The notes under the pieces: model-generated | Databases searched by the model: none | The model's input: only the letters and a program-made list of their open reading frames with translations | What the model was told of the DNA's origin: nothing | Assembly (NCBI GenBank): GCA_965228895.1 | Contig: OZ245842.1 | Location: forward strand, 672,001 to 736,000 | Direction of reading: 5' to 3' | Length of the DNA: 64,000 bases | Source: Alphaproteobacteria bacterium | GTDB taxonomy: Bacteria; Pseudomonadota; Alphaproteobacteria; SP197 | Shown here: piece by piece, positions 1 through 9,218 of the stretch | How the letters are laid out: every line of letters begins with the position of its first letter | Numbering within the stretch: the first letter of the stretch is position 1 | Translations under genes and position numbers: made by a program

Positions 1-2
1 CG

Positions 3-950
3 GCCCTGCATCCGATGGCCGACGTTAGCCTGCACCTGCCGTTCCGCGTTGCCGAGTACACGGACTTTTACGCCGGGAAACACCACGCATCGAATGTCGG
101 CACGATGTTCCGCGGGCCAGAAAATGCGCTGCCGCCAAATTGGCTGCACATTCCGATCGGCTATAACGGCCGATCCTCGACGGTCATCGTCAGTGGCACC
201 GATGTTCGCCGGCCTTTAGGCCAGACCAAGGCGCCGGATGCGGACGCGCCGTCTTTTGGTCCGTGCAAACGTCTGGATATTGAGTTGGAGATGGGTGCGG
301 TCGTAGGGTTGCCATCGCCAATGGGCGAACCGGTCAGCGTCGACCAAGCCGACGAGATGATCTTCGGCTACGTGCTCCTGAACGATTGGTCGGCGCGCGA
401 CATTCAGGCCTGGGAATATCAGCCGCTCGGCCCGTTCCAGGCCAAGGCGTTTGCCACGTCGATCAGCCCCTGGGTCGTTACCAAGGCGGCGCTGGCGCCG
501 TTTCGTGCTTCGACACCGGCGCGCGAAAAACCGTTGCTGCCATATCTGCGGGAATCCGGACCAATGCTCTATGACATCGATTTAGCGGTCACCATGCAGC
601 CTGCGGGCGTGGCAAGACCGACGACCATCTGCCGCACGAACTATCGCGAGATGTACTATTCGGCTGCCCAACAGCTTGCCCACCATGCCAGCTCCGGCTG
701 CGCCATGAACACTGGCGACTTGTTGGGATCCGGTACGATATCAGGCGCCGACAAGGCCAGTTTCGGCTCGCTGCTGGAACTGTCGTGGGGCGGCAAAGAA
801 CCGCTGACGCTGGATACCGGAGAAACGCGGAGTTTTATCGAAGACGGCGATACACTGACGCTCAGCGGCTATGCCCAGGGCGACGGCTATCGCGTGGGGT
901 TCGGGACCTGCACCGGTACCATCCGGCCTGCCCTCGACAACAAGACATAG
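3..950 (+). CDS. fahA: Fumarylacetoacetase, 5'-partial (frame open to window edge)
   Basis: YTDFYA..HA.NVG, PIGYNGRSS, LDIELE, LNDWSARDIQAWEYQPLGPF and GDLLGSGTISG motifs. Confidence 0.95.
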   Translation, partial: ALHPMADVSLHLPFRVAEYTDFYAGKHHASNVGTMFRGPENALPPNWLHIPIGYNGRSSTVIVSGTDVRRPLGQTKAPDADAPSFGPCKRLDIELEMGAVVGLPSPMGEPVSVDQADEMIFGYVLLNDWSARDIQAWEYQPLGPFQAKAFATSISPWVVTKAALAPFRASTPAREKPLLPYLRESGPMLYDIDLAVTMQPAGVARPTTICRTNYREMYYSAAQQLAHHASSGCAMNTGDLLGSGTISGADKASFGSLLELSWGGKEPLTLDTGETRSFIEDGDTLTLSGYAQGDGYRVGFGTCTGTIRPALDNKT

Positions 951-962
951 GGAGACACAACC

Positions 963-1913
963 ATGGCCGTTGCATTCGCCTCTCAAGGCGACCTGGAAGA
1001 AAAAACCATCAGCTTCACCGAAGTCGGCGAGGGCCTGTGGGCGTTCACCGCCGAGGGCGATCCGAACTCCGGCGTCATCATCGGTGACGACAGCGTCATG
1101 GTGGTCGAGGCCCAGGCGACGCCGCGTCTGGCCAACATGGTGATCGAGAAGGTGCGCAGCGTGACCGACAAGCCGATCACCCACCTTGTGATGACGCATT
1201 ATCACGCTGTCAGGGTGCTTGGCGCGTCGGCGTATGCCGCTGACCAGGTCATCATGGGCGAAAGGGCGCGCGCCATGGTCGCCGAGCGTGGCCAGGAAGA
1301 TTGGGATAGCGAGTTTCAGCGCTTTCCCCGCCTGTTCGAGGGCTATGAAAGCATTCCCGGCCTGACCTGGCCGAACACCACTTTCGACAACCGCATGACG
1401 GTCTTCCTAGGCAAGCGCCGGGTTGATCTGATGCATCTGGGCCGCGCCCACACGGCCGGTGATGTCGTCGTCCACGTACCCGACGAGAACGTCATGTTCA
1501 CAGGCGACATCGTCGAATACCACTCCGCCTGTTATTGCGGCGACGGTCACTTCGGTGACTGGGGCACGACGCTCGACAAGATCAAGGCGTTCGATCTGAC
1601 GGCTATTTCGCCGGGCCGCGGTGACGCGTTGGTCGGCACCGACATGGTGAACGCCGCCTTGGACAACACCCGTGATTTCGTCGAGAGCACCTACCGGCCG
1701 GCGGCCCAGGTCGCGGCGCGCGGCGGGTCGCTTAAGGAGGCGTGGGATGCGGTGCGCGCTGCATGCGATCCCAAATTTGCCGACTACGCGATCTACGAAC
1801 ACTGTCTGCCTTTCAATGTCGCGCGCGCCTATGACGAGGCCAACGGCATCGACACGCCCAGGATTTGGACCGCCGAGCGCGATCTGGAAATGTGGGCGCA
1901 ACTGCAGGGCTGA
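963..1913 (+). CDS. MBL-fold metallo-hydrolase of the homogentisate-cluster type
   Basis: THYHAVR (variant HxHxDH), GRAHT.GD and FTGD motifs; GGGAG RBS. Confidence 0.85.
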   Translation: MAVAFASQGDLEEKTISFTEVGEGLWAFTAEGDPNSGVIIGDDSVMVVEAQATPRLANMVIEKVRSVTDKPITHLVMTHYHAVRVLGASAYAADQVIMGERARAMVAERGQEDWDSEFQRFPRLFEGYESIPGLTWPNTTFDNRMTVFLGKRRVDLMHLGRAHTAGDVVVHVPDENVMFTGDIVEYHSACYCGDGHFGDWGTTLDKIKAFDLTAISPGRGDALVGTDMVNAALDNTRDFVESTYRPAAQVAARGGSLKEAWDAVRAACDPKFADYAIYEHCLPFNVARAYDEANGIDTPRIWTAERDLEMWAQLQG

Positions 1914-1935
1914 CCGCGCACGCGGCAGGTGATTT

Positions 1936-3561
1936 ATGACACGTTATGTTTACAAGCAGTTTGACTATGTCGTACCGCCCGGCCTGACGGAGGCGGAACC
2001 GCGCCATCCGGTGGTCATAGTCGGAGCCGGACCCATCGGTCTGGCGATGGCGATCGATCTTGCCCAGCGCGGCATCGCCAGTGTCGTCTTGGACGACAAC
2101 AACGTCGTTTCGGTCGGCTCGCGGGCGATCTGCTGGGCCAAGCGCACGCTGGAGATCTTCGACCGGCTGGGTGTCGGCGAACGCATGCTCGAGAAAGGCG
2201 TCACCTGGAAGGTCGGCCGCCTGTTCCACGGCGACGCCGAGGTCTACAACTTCGATCTCTTGCCGGAGGAAGGCCACAAATACCCCGCCTTCATCAATCT
2301 GCAGCAGTACTATGTTGAGCAGTATCTGGTCGAGCGGGCGCGCGAGTTTCCGGACCTCATCGACCTCAGGTTCAAGAACAATGTCACGGCGCATGAGGAT
2401 CGCGGCGATCATGTCGTGTTGACTGCCGAGACGCCGGATGGTTCCTATCAACTGGAAGCCGGCTATTACTTGGCTTGCGACGGCGCGAAGTCGCCGACCC
2501 GCGAGCGCATGGGTTTGGCGTTCGAAGGCCAGACCTTCGACGAGCACTTTCTCATCGTCGATGTGGAGATGGAGCAAAGCCCGTTCGAAACCCAGGAGCC
2601 GGAGCGCTGGTTCTGGTTCGATCCAACCTTTCATAACGGGCAGTCGGCGCTGCTGCACAAACAGCCGGATAACATCTACCGTATCGATCTGCAGCTCAGG
2701 CCGGAGACCGACCTGGAAGCTGAAGCGAACGAGGAACGGGTGATCCCGCGCATCAAGGCCGTGGTCGGCGACACACCCTTCACCCTCGACTGGATGAGCA
2801 TCTATCAGTTCCGTTGCGCGATGCTGAACCGGTTCGTCCACGGCCGCGTTCTCTTCATCGGTGACAGCGCCCATGTCGTGTCGCCGTTCGGCGCACGCGG
2901 CGGCAATGGCGGGATCCAGGATGTCGATAACCTGAGCTGGAAACTCGCCGCCGTTCTGCGCGGTGATGCCACGGAGGCATTGCTTGAGACCTATGACGCC
3001 GAACGCCGTCACGGCGCGGCCGAGAATCTCATGAACTCCTCGCGCGCGACCCACTTCATGACGCCGAAGTCTCCGATCGAAACGCTGTTTCGCGGTGAGG
3101 TGCTGAGGCTTGCCCGCGACATGCCGTTCGCGCGTAAATTGATCAACTCCGGCAGATTGTCCGTGCCGTGTTCTCTGGCAGGCCAGGAGTTGCAAGGCGA
3201 GGGGCAAGGGGCGGTTCCGCCGGGCACGGCCATGCCCGATGCGCCGTTGTCGGGCCCCGATGGCGACACGTGGATGATCTCGGAGATTCAGGGCGCCTTT
3301 ACGCTCGTCGGGCTCGGCGACGTGGCGTTGCCGCGCATCGACGGCGTGCGCCGGATCGGCATCGATCAACAACCGGGCGACTATCCGGTGTTTGCCGACA
3401 AAGGCGGGTTCGCCCGAAAACACTACGGCACTGCGATGGCCTATCTCTTCCGTCCCGATGGCCATGTCGCCGCCGTCTTTGATAAGCCCGATGCGGCCCG
3501 CGTGCACGGCGCGCTTGCGCGCGCATCCGGCCAGACATTGATGCAGGAGGTCGCGGAATGA
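1936..3561 (+). CDS. FAD-dependent aromatic hydroxylase (MhaA-like hydroxyphenylacetate hydroxylase large subunit)
   Basis: GAGPIG, CDG and GDSAHVVSPFGARGGNGG fingerprints; C-terminal RPDGHV thioredoxin-like domain; context. Confidence 0.85.
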   Translation: MTRYVYKQFDYVVPPGLTEAEPRHPVVIVGAGPIGLAMAIDLAQRGIASVVLDDNNVVSVGSRAICWAKRTLEIFDRLGVGERMLEKGVTWKVGRLFHGDAEVYNFDLLPEEGHKYPAFINLQQYYVEQYLVERAREFPDLIDLRFKNNVTAHEDRGDHVVLTAETPDGSYQLEAGYYLACDGAKSPTRERMGLAFEGQTFDEHFLIVDVEMEQSPFETQEPERWFWFDPTFHNGQSALLHKQPDNIYRIDLQLRPETDLEAEANEERVIPRIKAVVGDTPFTLDWMSIYQFRCAMLNRFVHGRVLFIGDSAHVVSPFGARGGNGGIQDVDNLSWKLAAVLRGDATEALLETYDAERRHGAAENLMNSSRATHFMTPKSPIETLFRGEVLRLARDMPFARKLINSGRLSVPCSLAGQELQGEGQGAVPPGTAMPDAPLSGPDGDTWMISEIQGAFTLVGLGDVALPRIDGVRRIGIDQQPGDYPVFADKGGFARKHYGTAMAYLFRPDGHVAAVFDKPDAARVHGALARASGQTLMQEVAE

Positions 3562-3764
3562 CCGCCAAGACATTCGGCGACGACAAACTCGGTGCCGCCG
3601 GCGACACCGTCTATGGCGCTCTAACCGCGATCCACGAGGGCCTCAGCGAAGGCGAAAGCCATGCCCTGAATGCGCGGCTGGTCTTGCTCATGGCCAATGA
3701 GATTGGCGACGGCGAGCGGGTGACGGCGTTGTTTGAAGCGGCACGGCGTTACAGCGATGGCTGA
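3558..3764 (+). CDS. DUF2783 / MhaB-like small coupling protein
   Basis: 68 aa, H.GLS..ES.ALNARLVLLMANEIGD motif; ATGA overlap with the hydroxylase; GGAGG RBS. Confidence 0.85.
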   Translation: MTAKTFGDDKLGAAGDTVYGALTAIHEGLSEGESHALNARLVLLMANEIGDGERVTALFEAARRYSDG

Positions 3765-4392
3765 CGTCACGCTCTACGATTTCTGGCGGAGTTCAGCGAG
3801 TTATCGCGTTCGTATCGCGCTGAACCTGGCCGGCATCGCCTATGACGCCGTCTCCGTCGATCTCGCGGCGAAGGCCAACCGGGAACCTGACCATCTGGCC
3901 CGCAATCCCCAGGGTCTGGTACCGGTTTTGGAGATCGACGGGCAACGTCTCACGCAGTCCCTCGCGATGATCGAGTACCTGAACGAGACCCGCGGTCTCG
4001 GATGGTTGCCCGAGAATCCGGTCGAACGCGCGAGGGTGCGCGCGCTGGCCTACAGTGTTGCCGTCGACGTTCATCCCATCTGCAACGTGTCGGTCGCGGC
4101 CCATGTTTCGGAACTCATGGGTGGTGCCGAAGGTGCGCGAAAGGCCTGGATGCAACATTTCATCGGCCCGGGTCTCGGCGCTTTCGAGCAGCTTCTCGCC
4201 GGCTTCGAGCAAACGCCTTACTGCACGGGCGACACGCCATCCCTGGCCGATATCTGTCTGGTGCCCCAGGTCTACAACGCCGAGCGGTGGGATGTCGATC
4301 TGACGTCATTCGCGCGCATTCGCGCGGTGACCGAAATCTGCCGCGCCAACCCGGCCTTCGCGGCAGCCTATCCCGATATCGTTAAGCCGTAA
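3757..4392 (+). CDS. maiA: Maleylacetoacetate isomerase (GST zeta class)
   Basis: WRSSASYRVRIALNL, NPQGLVP, LTQSLA and ADICLVPQVYNA motifs. Confidence 0.93.
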   Translation: MADVTLYDFWRSSASYRVRIALNLAGIAYDAVSVDLAAKANREPDHLARNPQGLVPVLEIDGQRLTQSLAMIEYLNETRGLGWLPENPVERARVRALAYSVAVDVHPICNVSVAAHVSELMGGAEGARKAWMQHFIGPGLGAFEQLLAGFEQTPYCTGDTPSLADICLVPQVYNAERWDVDLTSFARIRAVTEICRANPAFAAAYPDIVKP

Positions 4393-4419
4393 TCTCGGCT
4401 TGCGTGCTCTTGCGCTGCG

Positions 4420-5901
4420 TCAGGGTGCGACAAACAGGGCTGGTGTCGCCGTTTGCGCGAGATCATCACCGATGTCGGCAAGCATAGCCACGGTCCGCCG
4501 TATGTCGTCTTCCGTGGTGCGCGGGTTGATTGTGCAAAGGCGCAAGACCGTTTGACCACGCAGTTCCGTCGATGTCACGACCGCCTCACCGCTGGCCAGG
4601 ATGGCACGCGCGATGTCACGGTTGATACCGTTGACCATGTCGTGGCTCATCTGTTCGTTGCCGGTGTAGCAGAACGTCACCACGCCGAGGCAGGCCGGCG
4701 ACGTCAGAGTTAACCGGGCATCGCTGTGGATCTCGGCCTCTGCCAGCTCGGCGAGCTCAATGCCGCGGTCGACGGCTTGTTTGACGGCGTCCAGACCGAA
4801 ACATTGCAGGGTCATCCATAGTTTTAACGCGCGGAAACCACGGCTTAGCTGGATGCCGTAATCGCAGAAGTTGACCTCGCCGCCCTCGGTCACCGTGTCT
4901 TGCATGTAGTCGGCCTCGACCTTGAAGGTGTCGGCCAAGAGCATTTTGTCGCGCACCAGGACCGCGCCGATTTCGAACGGCTGAAACAACCACTTGTGGG
5001 GATCGAGCACGAGCGAGTCGGCGTGGGAAAGGCCATCCAGCAGTTGGTCCGAACGGTTACCGAGTGCCGCGGACGCGCCATAGGCGCCGTCGATGTGGAG
5101 CCACATGCCGGTCTCACCGCAAAAATCGGCGAGCGCGTTCATCGGGTCGACCGCACCGGTGTTGGTGGTGCCCGCATTGGCAACGACGCAGAACGGGCGG
5201 CGTCCGCTTTCGCGATCCTCGTTGACGGCGCGGCGGAGGCTCGCCGGATCGAGCCGGAACGCATCATCGCAATCGAGTCGGCGCAGCTGGTGTTTGGCAA
5301 ACCCGAGCAAAAAGAGCGCCTTGTCGACGGATGCGTGAACCTGATCGGAGCAATAAACAACCGCATCGTCTGTCTTGTCGTTGAGCACGGCGTGTCGGGC
5401 GACCGCCAACCCCGTCAGGTTGGCGACGGAACCGCCACTGACAAACAGACCGCCGGCGCCATTGGGAAGACCGGTCATCCGGCACATCCATTCGATCATG
5501 GCGAGCTCCAGCGATGCCGGACCGGAACTCTCAAGCCAGGAGCCCGTGAAGACGTTGAAGCCGGATGCCAGTGTGTCGGCAAGCACGCCATAGAAATTGC
5601 TCGGGCCGGGTACGAACGCGAAGTAGCGCGGATGGTTACACAGCAGGCTGTTGCCGAAGACATCGCGCTGAACCTGTTCGAGCACCTGATCGAACGGGCG
5701 GCCTCTCGCGGGTGGTTCGCCGGCAAAGAGCTTCGCGAGCTCGTCTTGATCGCCGACATGGCCGACGGGCTCGTCCTTGAGCGTGGCGAGATGGTCTACC
5801 ACGGCATCGATAGCGGCATGCCCATCGGTCCGCATGCGTTCAAGGTCAGGTTCGAGCCGCTTGTCGGCACCTGATGGTGGGGGAGCCGCGCGGTCGTTCA
5901 T
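4420..5901 (-). CDS. Group II PLP-dependent (aromatic L-amino acid-type) decarboxylase
   Basis: HPRYFAF, SGGS.AN, GTTNTGAVD, HIDGAYG, DPHKWLF (PLP lysine), SRGFRALKLW. Confidence 0.9.
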   Translation of the reverse strand: MNDRAAPPPSGADKRLEPDLERMRTDGHAAIDAVVDHLATLKDEPVGHVGDQDELAKLFAGEPPARGRPFDQVLEQVQRDVFGNSLLCNHPRYFAFVPGPSNFYGVLADTLASGFNVFTGSWLESSGPASLELAMIEWMCRMTGLPNGAGGLFVSGGSVANLTGLAVARHAVLNDKTDDAVVYCSDQVHASVDKALFLLGFAKHQLRRLDCDDAFRLDPASLRRAVNEDRESGRRPFCVVANAGTTNTGAVDPMNALADFCGETGMWLHIDGAYGASAALGNRSDQLLDGLSHADSLVLDPHKWLFQPFEIGAVLVRDKMLLADTFKVEADYMQDTVTEGGEVNFCDYGIQLSRGFRALKLWMTLQCFGLDAVKQAVDRGIELAELAEAEIHSDARLTLTSPACLGVVTFCYTGNEQMSHDMVNGINRDIARAILASGEAVVTSTELRGQTVLRLCTINPRTTEDDIRRTVAMLADIGDDLAQTATPALFVAP

Positions 5902-7355
5902 GAAGCGGTACCCAGGATGTCATCGAGCCGTGCTTTCAAGCCGTCGACCAGGGTGGTCGCGCCGGCCTCGTGCCACATGTCGACATCGGAGCGGGCAAAA
6001 AGCGACGGCAGCCACATTTCGTTCAGGTAGCGACCATGGGTGTGTTCGTCAGTCAGAAAACTGTTGTCCTGGGCGGCACGGGCGATGACATCGACGGCCA
6101 GGCTGGCTTCATCGACGGTGATTCCGGCGGCAAACCGGCTTGCCATGCCGGCCAATTCGTCGGCCAGCACGAGCATTTCGAGCGAACCGGTCCGTCCGGC
6201 CGAGAGATAACCGAGATTGTGCACAAAGGAGGTGCCGGAGAGGACCGCTGTCGTCATGTTCGACGCAGCCTCGGCCGCAGCCTGTTGATCGACCACATGG
6301 GCATCGCTGCAGCCGGCCGCGACCCAACTGGGCAGGCCGAGATGGGCGAAGAACTCGGCGGCACCGAGCCCGGCCTGGCTATACTCCGGCGACCCATAGG
6401 CGAGATCGGCGCGGCGCATGTCCATAGGCAGGATCGCCGTGCCGGACATCAGCGGCGCGCCCGGCCGCTCGTCCTGATGAATAACCAGACCGGCCAAGGT
6501 CTCTGCCGTCGATTGGGCAATCGATCCGGCCAATGTGATCGGCCCGGACATGCCGGGAAAAAGCGCGGGATAGCAGACGATCGGCAGGGACAGGCGTGCG
6601 GCGTCGCGTAATCGGCGGCAGGTCTCGCTTCCCAGCTTCAGGGGCGACACCGGTCCGACCAGATCAATGCCGGTGGGCTTGTCCGCGAGCGCATCGTCGC
6701 CGCCGGCGATGTCACTTAGATGACGCCAGATACGCCGGGTGACCGTCTCGTCATGGCCGGTAAACGCGACCGGCTTGACGGTGTTCTCGACCAGGGTGCT
6801 GACGGTAATGACGGCTTCATCCTCCGGCGGCACGTCGCTTGGAAAACCGAGGGATGCCGCGACATCGATATTGGCCAGGGCTTCACAGACCTTGCCCGTG
6901 GCGGCGATGTCGTCGAGAACGCATGGCCGGTGCTCGCCGGTGCGATGGTCGAGGGTCTTGATGCAGTTAACCCCTGGGCCGAAGCGCGGCACCGCGTCCG
7001 ACGTATCCATCGCCAGGCGCCCGTTTCGGTCGTAGAGCATGACGTTGGAGGGCGCGCTCTCCAGCGCTGCCTCGACAAGATCGGTCATCATCAGCAACCG
7101 CCCGGCATCGCCTTCGCGGCAGCCTGGCCGCGCCAGCAGGATATCCCGGGTCTCATCATCTTCGACGATGACTCCGACCTTCTCCAGGATCGCAAGCGTC
7201 GCCGCACGCAACAGGTTGAGGTCACTCTCGTTGAACAGCCGCAGGCGCAGGGTCGTGGCAAAGCGGCTGGCCGGTGGCGGTGTTTCCTTTTTGCGACGTC
7301 GCCTCCGAGGCTGCGCCTCCGGTGCTTGTTCGATACCGGTTTGTTGTACGGTCAT
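5898..7355 (-). CDS. Trimethylamine methyltransferase (MttB) superfamily protein, non-pyrrolysine
   Basis: P.TLAG..AQ..AE.LAG, MDMR..D..YGSPE, SDA...DQQAA and HN.GYL..G...SLE motifs; no in-frame TAG. Confidence 0.88.
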   Translation of the reverse strand: MTVQQTGIEQAPEAQPRRRRRKKETPPPASRFATTLRLRLFNESDLNLLRAATLAILEKVGVIVEDDETRDILLARPGCREGDAGRLLMMTDLVEAALESAPSNVMLYDRNGRLAMDTSDAVPRFGPGVNCIKTLDHRTGEHRPCVLDDIAATGKVCEALANIDVAASLGFPSDVPPEDEAVITVSTLVENTVKPVAFTGHDETVTRRIWRHLSDIAGGDDALADKPTGIDLVGPVSPLKLGSETCRRLRDAARLSLPIVCYPALFPGMSGPITLAGSIAQSTAETLAGLVIHQDERPGAPLMSGTAILPMDMRRADLAYGSPEYSQAGLGAAEFFAHLGLPSWVAAGCSDAHVVDQQAAAEAASNMTTAVLSGTSFVHNLGYLSAGRTGSLEMLVLADELAGMASRFAAGITVDEASLAVDVIARAAQDNSFLTDEHTHGRYLNEMWLPSLFARSDVDMWHEAGATTLVDGLKARLDDILGTAS

Positions 7356-7951
7356 GCTGCCGTTGTCCCACCGCCATAGCGGCCGATGGTCTCCCCGCCG
7401 ATCTGAATGCCAAGGGCGTTGATGATGCGCGCCCAGTAGGCAAAGCAGGCGGCGGCCTGGGCGGTCTCCAGGATCTCGACATCGCTGGCGCCGGCATTGC
7501 GGGCCGCAGCGACGTCCTGTTCCGTCATGTCGCCGGGAGTTTGGTTCAGCTTGTGGGCATAGGTGACGAGGGCGGCGAGCTTGGCGTCCAGAACATCCGC
7601 GTGCTTGCCGGCGACGGTGGCATCCAGCATGGCGTCCGCCTTGGCAGCGTCACCGACCAGGTCGCGCAGGTTGGCCGCGTGATGGGTCGTCGCGTAGTGG
7701 CAGTCGCAAAGCCGCGCGACCATGGTGCCGACCAGTTCCAGGAACCAGTCGGGCATGTCGCTGTCGGGATTGTGGAGAATGGCGCGGTAGTGGCCGTCGG
7801 CCCACAGAATGGGCTCCGGCCGCAACGACATCGCCTTATAAAGATTATGCACGGAACCGTCCGCACGGCGGATCTTTTCATACGTCTCGGCAAGAGCGCC
7901 CTCGGCGTCCTCCGGTTCTACGACATCGAGCCAACAGATCGCTTCGGCCAT
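7352..7951 (-). CDS. AhpD/CMD-family peroxidase-related protein
   Basis: ELVGTMVARLCDCHYATTHH and C-terminal FAYWARIINALGI; GGGAGG RBS before ATG 7951. Confidence 0.8.
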   Translation of the reverse strand: MAEAICWLDVVEPEDAEGALAETYEKIRRADGSVHNLYKAMSLRPEPILWADGHYRAILHNPDSDMPDWFLELVGTMVARLCDCHYATTHHAANLRDLVGDAAKADAMLDATVAGKHADVLDAKLAALVTYAHKLNQTPGDMTEQDVAAARNAGASDVEILETAQAAACFAYWARIINALGIQIGGETIGRYGGGTTAA

Positions 7952-8040
7952 GGCACAGTTCCTCCCGGCGGCCCGCCTGGACTCCCTGGCCGGCGGGCTC
8001 TGATCCGTCAGCCTAAGAACCGATCCGGTCACCCGTCAAG

Positions 8041-8054
8041 ACTGTGATCACAGT
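8041..8054. promoter_or_regulatory. Operator palindrome ACTGTGATCACAGT (site 1 of 4)
   Basis: Perfect 14-bp palindrome; on the minus strand it is followed by CTTGAC, upstream of the AhpD-mttB-decarboxylase operon. Confidence 0.75.
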
Positions 8055-8062
8055 TTTGCGGA

Positions 8063-9133
8063 TCAAAGGCCGATTTCCCAGCACGGCTCGAAGGCGCGGG
8101 CGGCGCCGGCATGGCTGTCGCGCAGGGCAACCATGTCGTCACGGTCGAGAAACGCAAACCGGCCGTCCTGCCACAGGGGCTCGCCTTCGAACGTGATCGT
8201 GGCGTCGATCAGCACCGGTGAGATTTCGCCCGGCGGGTAGTCGCCGCAGGTATGAAAATGTGTATAGCGCGGGCTGTTGAAAGCGACCGTGCCCCAGCGG
8301 GTCAGCGAGTCGGCGACGCGCTGGTCGTACCACGTCTTCGGGTGGATGCCTGCGTGCCAGGAATGGACGTTCCGGCCGTCGATTCCGAACAGCCCGGCGA
8401 CGTAGTCGTAATGGTTCTCGACTCGTTTGGCCTCGGGCCCGGTGAAGCCTGAGATACGGCCGCCGTCGATCTCCAGAACGACCGGTTCATCGACGACGAA
8501 TCCGGCGGGCTCATAGACCCGGTTGAGCGTCGGGCTGATCCAGCGTGTCGCCAGGCGTCCAGCCATGTCGCCGGCGCCGAGCGGGCGGAAAACCCCGATG
8601 GGGAACAGTCCCACGGTGAAATCGCCGTCCTGGCTGTCGGGTTCGAACGGCGCTGACGTGGCCTCAAGATCGGTGCCCATGGGGCATGTGATGTGCCAAG
8701 TGCCGCCCTTCGCGATGCGCTTGTTGAGACGGTCCAGGACATCGGCCATCAGGCCGTGGGGCACCCGGCAGAAGTCGGATCCCAACAGGTCGAGATTGAG
8801 CGCGTAGGTCATGGTTTTGCTGCAATGGCCGGGCGTCTCGCAGAACCGGAACTGATCGCCGATCCGGGCGAAAAAGACCGTGTGATCGACCGCCTGCATG
8901 GCCTCGGCCACCGAATCGGGGAAGTGTTGCGGGCCATCCAGGGCGGGCGCCATCAGGGTTTCGGCCTGGCATCCGATGTCTGCTGCAACGCCGCTCACAA
9001 AGTCAGCGACCGACGGATCGTAGTCATCGCCACCGTCGCTCTTCACCACCAGCACGCGGTCGCCGGCAGCGGCCCCAATACAGGCCTGAAGCAGGTTGAG
9101 AGCGCCGGCCTCGGCCCTTGCCTGATTATCCAT
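8063..9133 (-). CDS. Conserved hypothetical protein, M29 aminopeptidase/NicX-like fold
   Basis: ITCP.GTDL, PV.LEI..GRI, SWHAGIHP and HFH motifs; AAGGAGG RBS before ATG 9133. Confidence 0.55.
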   Translation of the reverse strand: MDNQARAEAGALNLLQACIGAAAGDRVLVVKSDGGDDYDPSVADFVSGVAADIGCQAETLMAPALDGPQHFPDSVAEAMQAVDHTVFFARIGDQFRFCETPGHCSKTMTYALNLDLLGSDFCRVPHGLMADVLDRLNKRIAKGGTWHITCPMGTDLEATSAPFEPDSQDGDFTVGLFPIGVFRPLGAGDMAGRLATRWISPTLNRVYEPAGFVVDEPVVLEIDGGRISGFTGPEAKRVENHYDYVAGLFGIDGRNVHSWHAGIHPKTWYDQRVADSLTRWGTVAFNSPRYTHFHTCGDYPPGEISPVLIDATITFEGEPLWQDGRFAFLDRDDMVALRDSHAGAARAFEPCWEIGL

Positions 9134-9159
9134 GGCACCTTGCCTCCTTATCATCGGAG

Positions 9160-9177
9160 AATCTGTGATCACAGATT
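9160..9177. promoter_or_regulatory. Operator palindrome AATCTGTGATCACAGATT (site 2 of 4)
   Basis: Perfect 18-bp palindrome in a divergent intergenic region, overlapping TTGACA at 9176-9181. Confidence 0.8.
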
Positions 9178-9218
9178 GACATACATGCCTCCGCCTGAGC
9201 AAATTGCCGTTGAATACT

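Noticed and set aside
1813-3573. Long antisense ORFs (also 9126-10385, 18432-19517, 22691-23848, 52022-53452, 58237-59475)
   Set aside because: They mirror well-supported genes on the other strand, carry no family motifs, and are expected from high-GC codon bias
8041-8054. TGTGATCACA as a CRP/FNR site
   Set aside because: The TGTGA/TCACA half-sites abut with no 6-bp spacer, which does not fit CRP geometry
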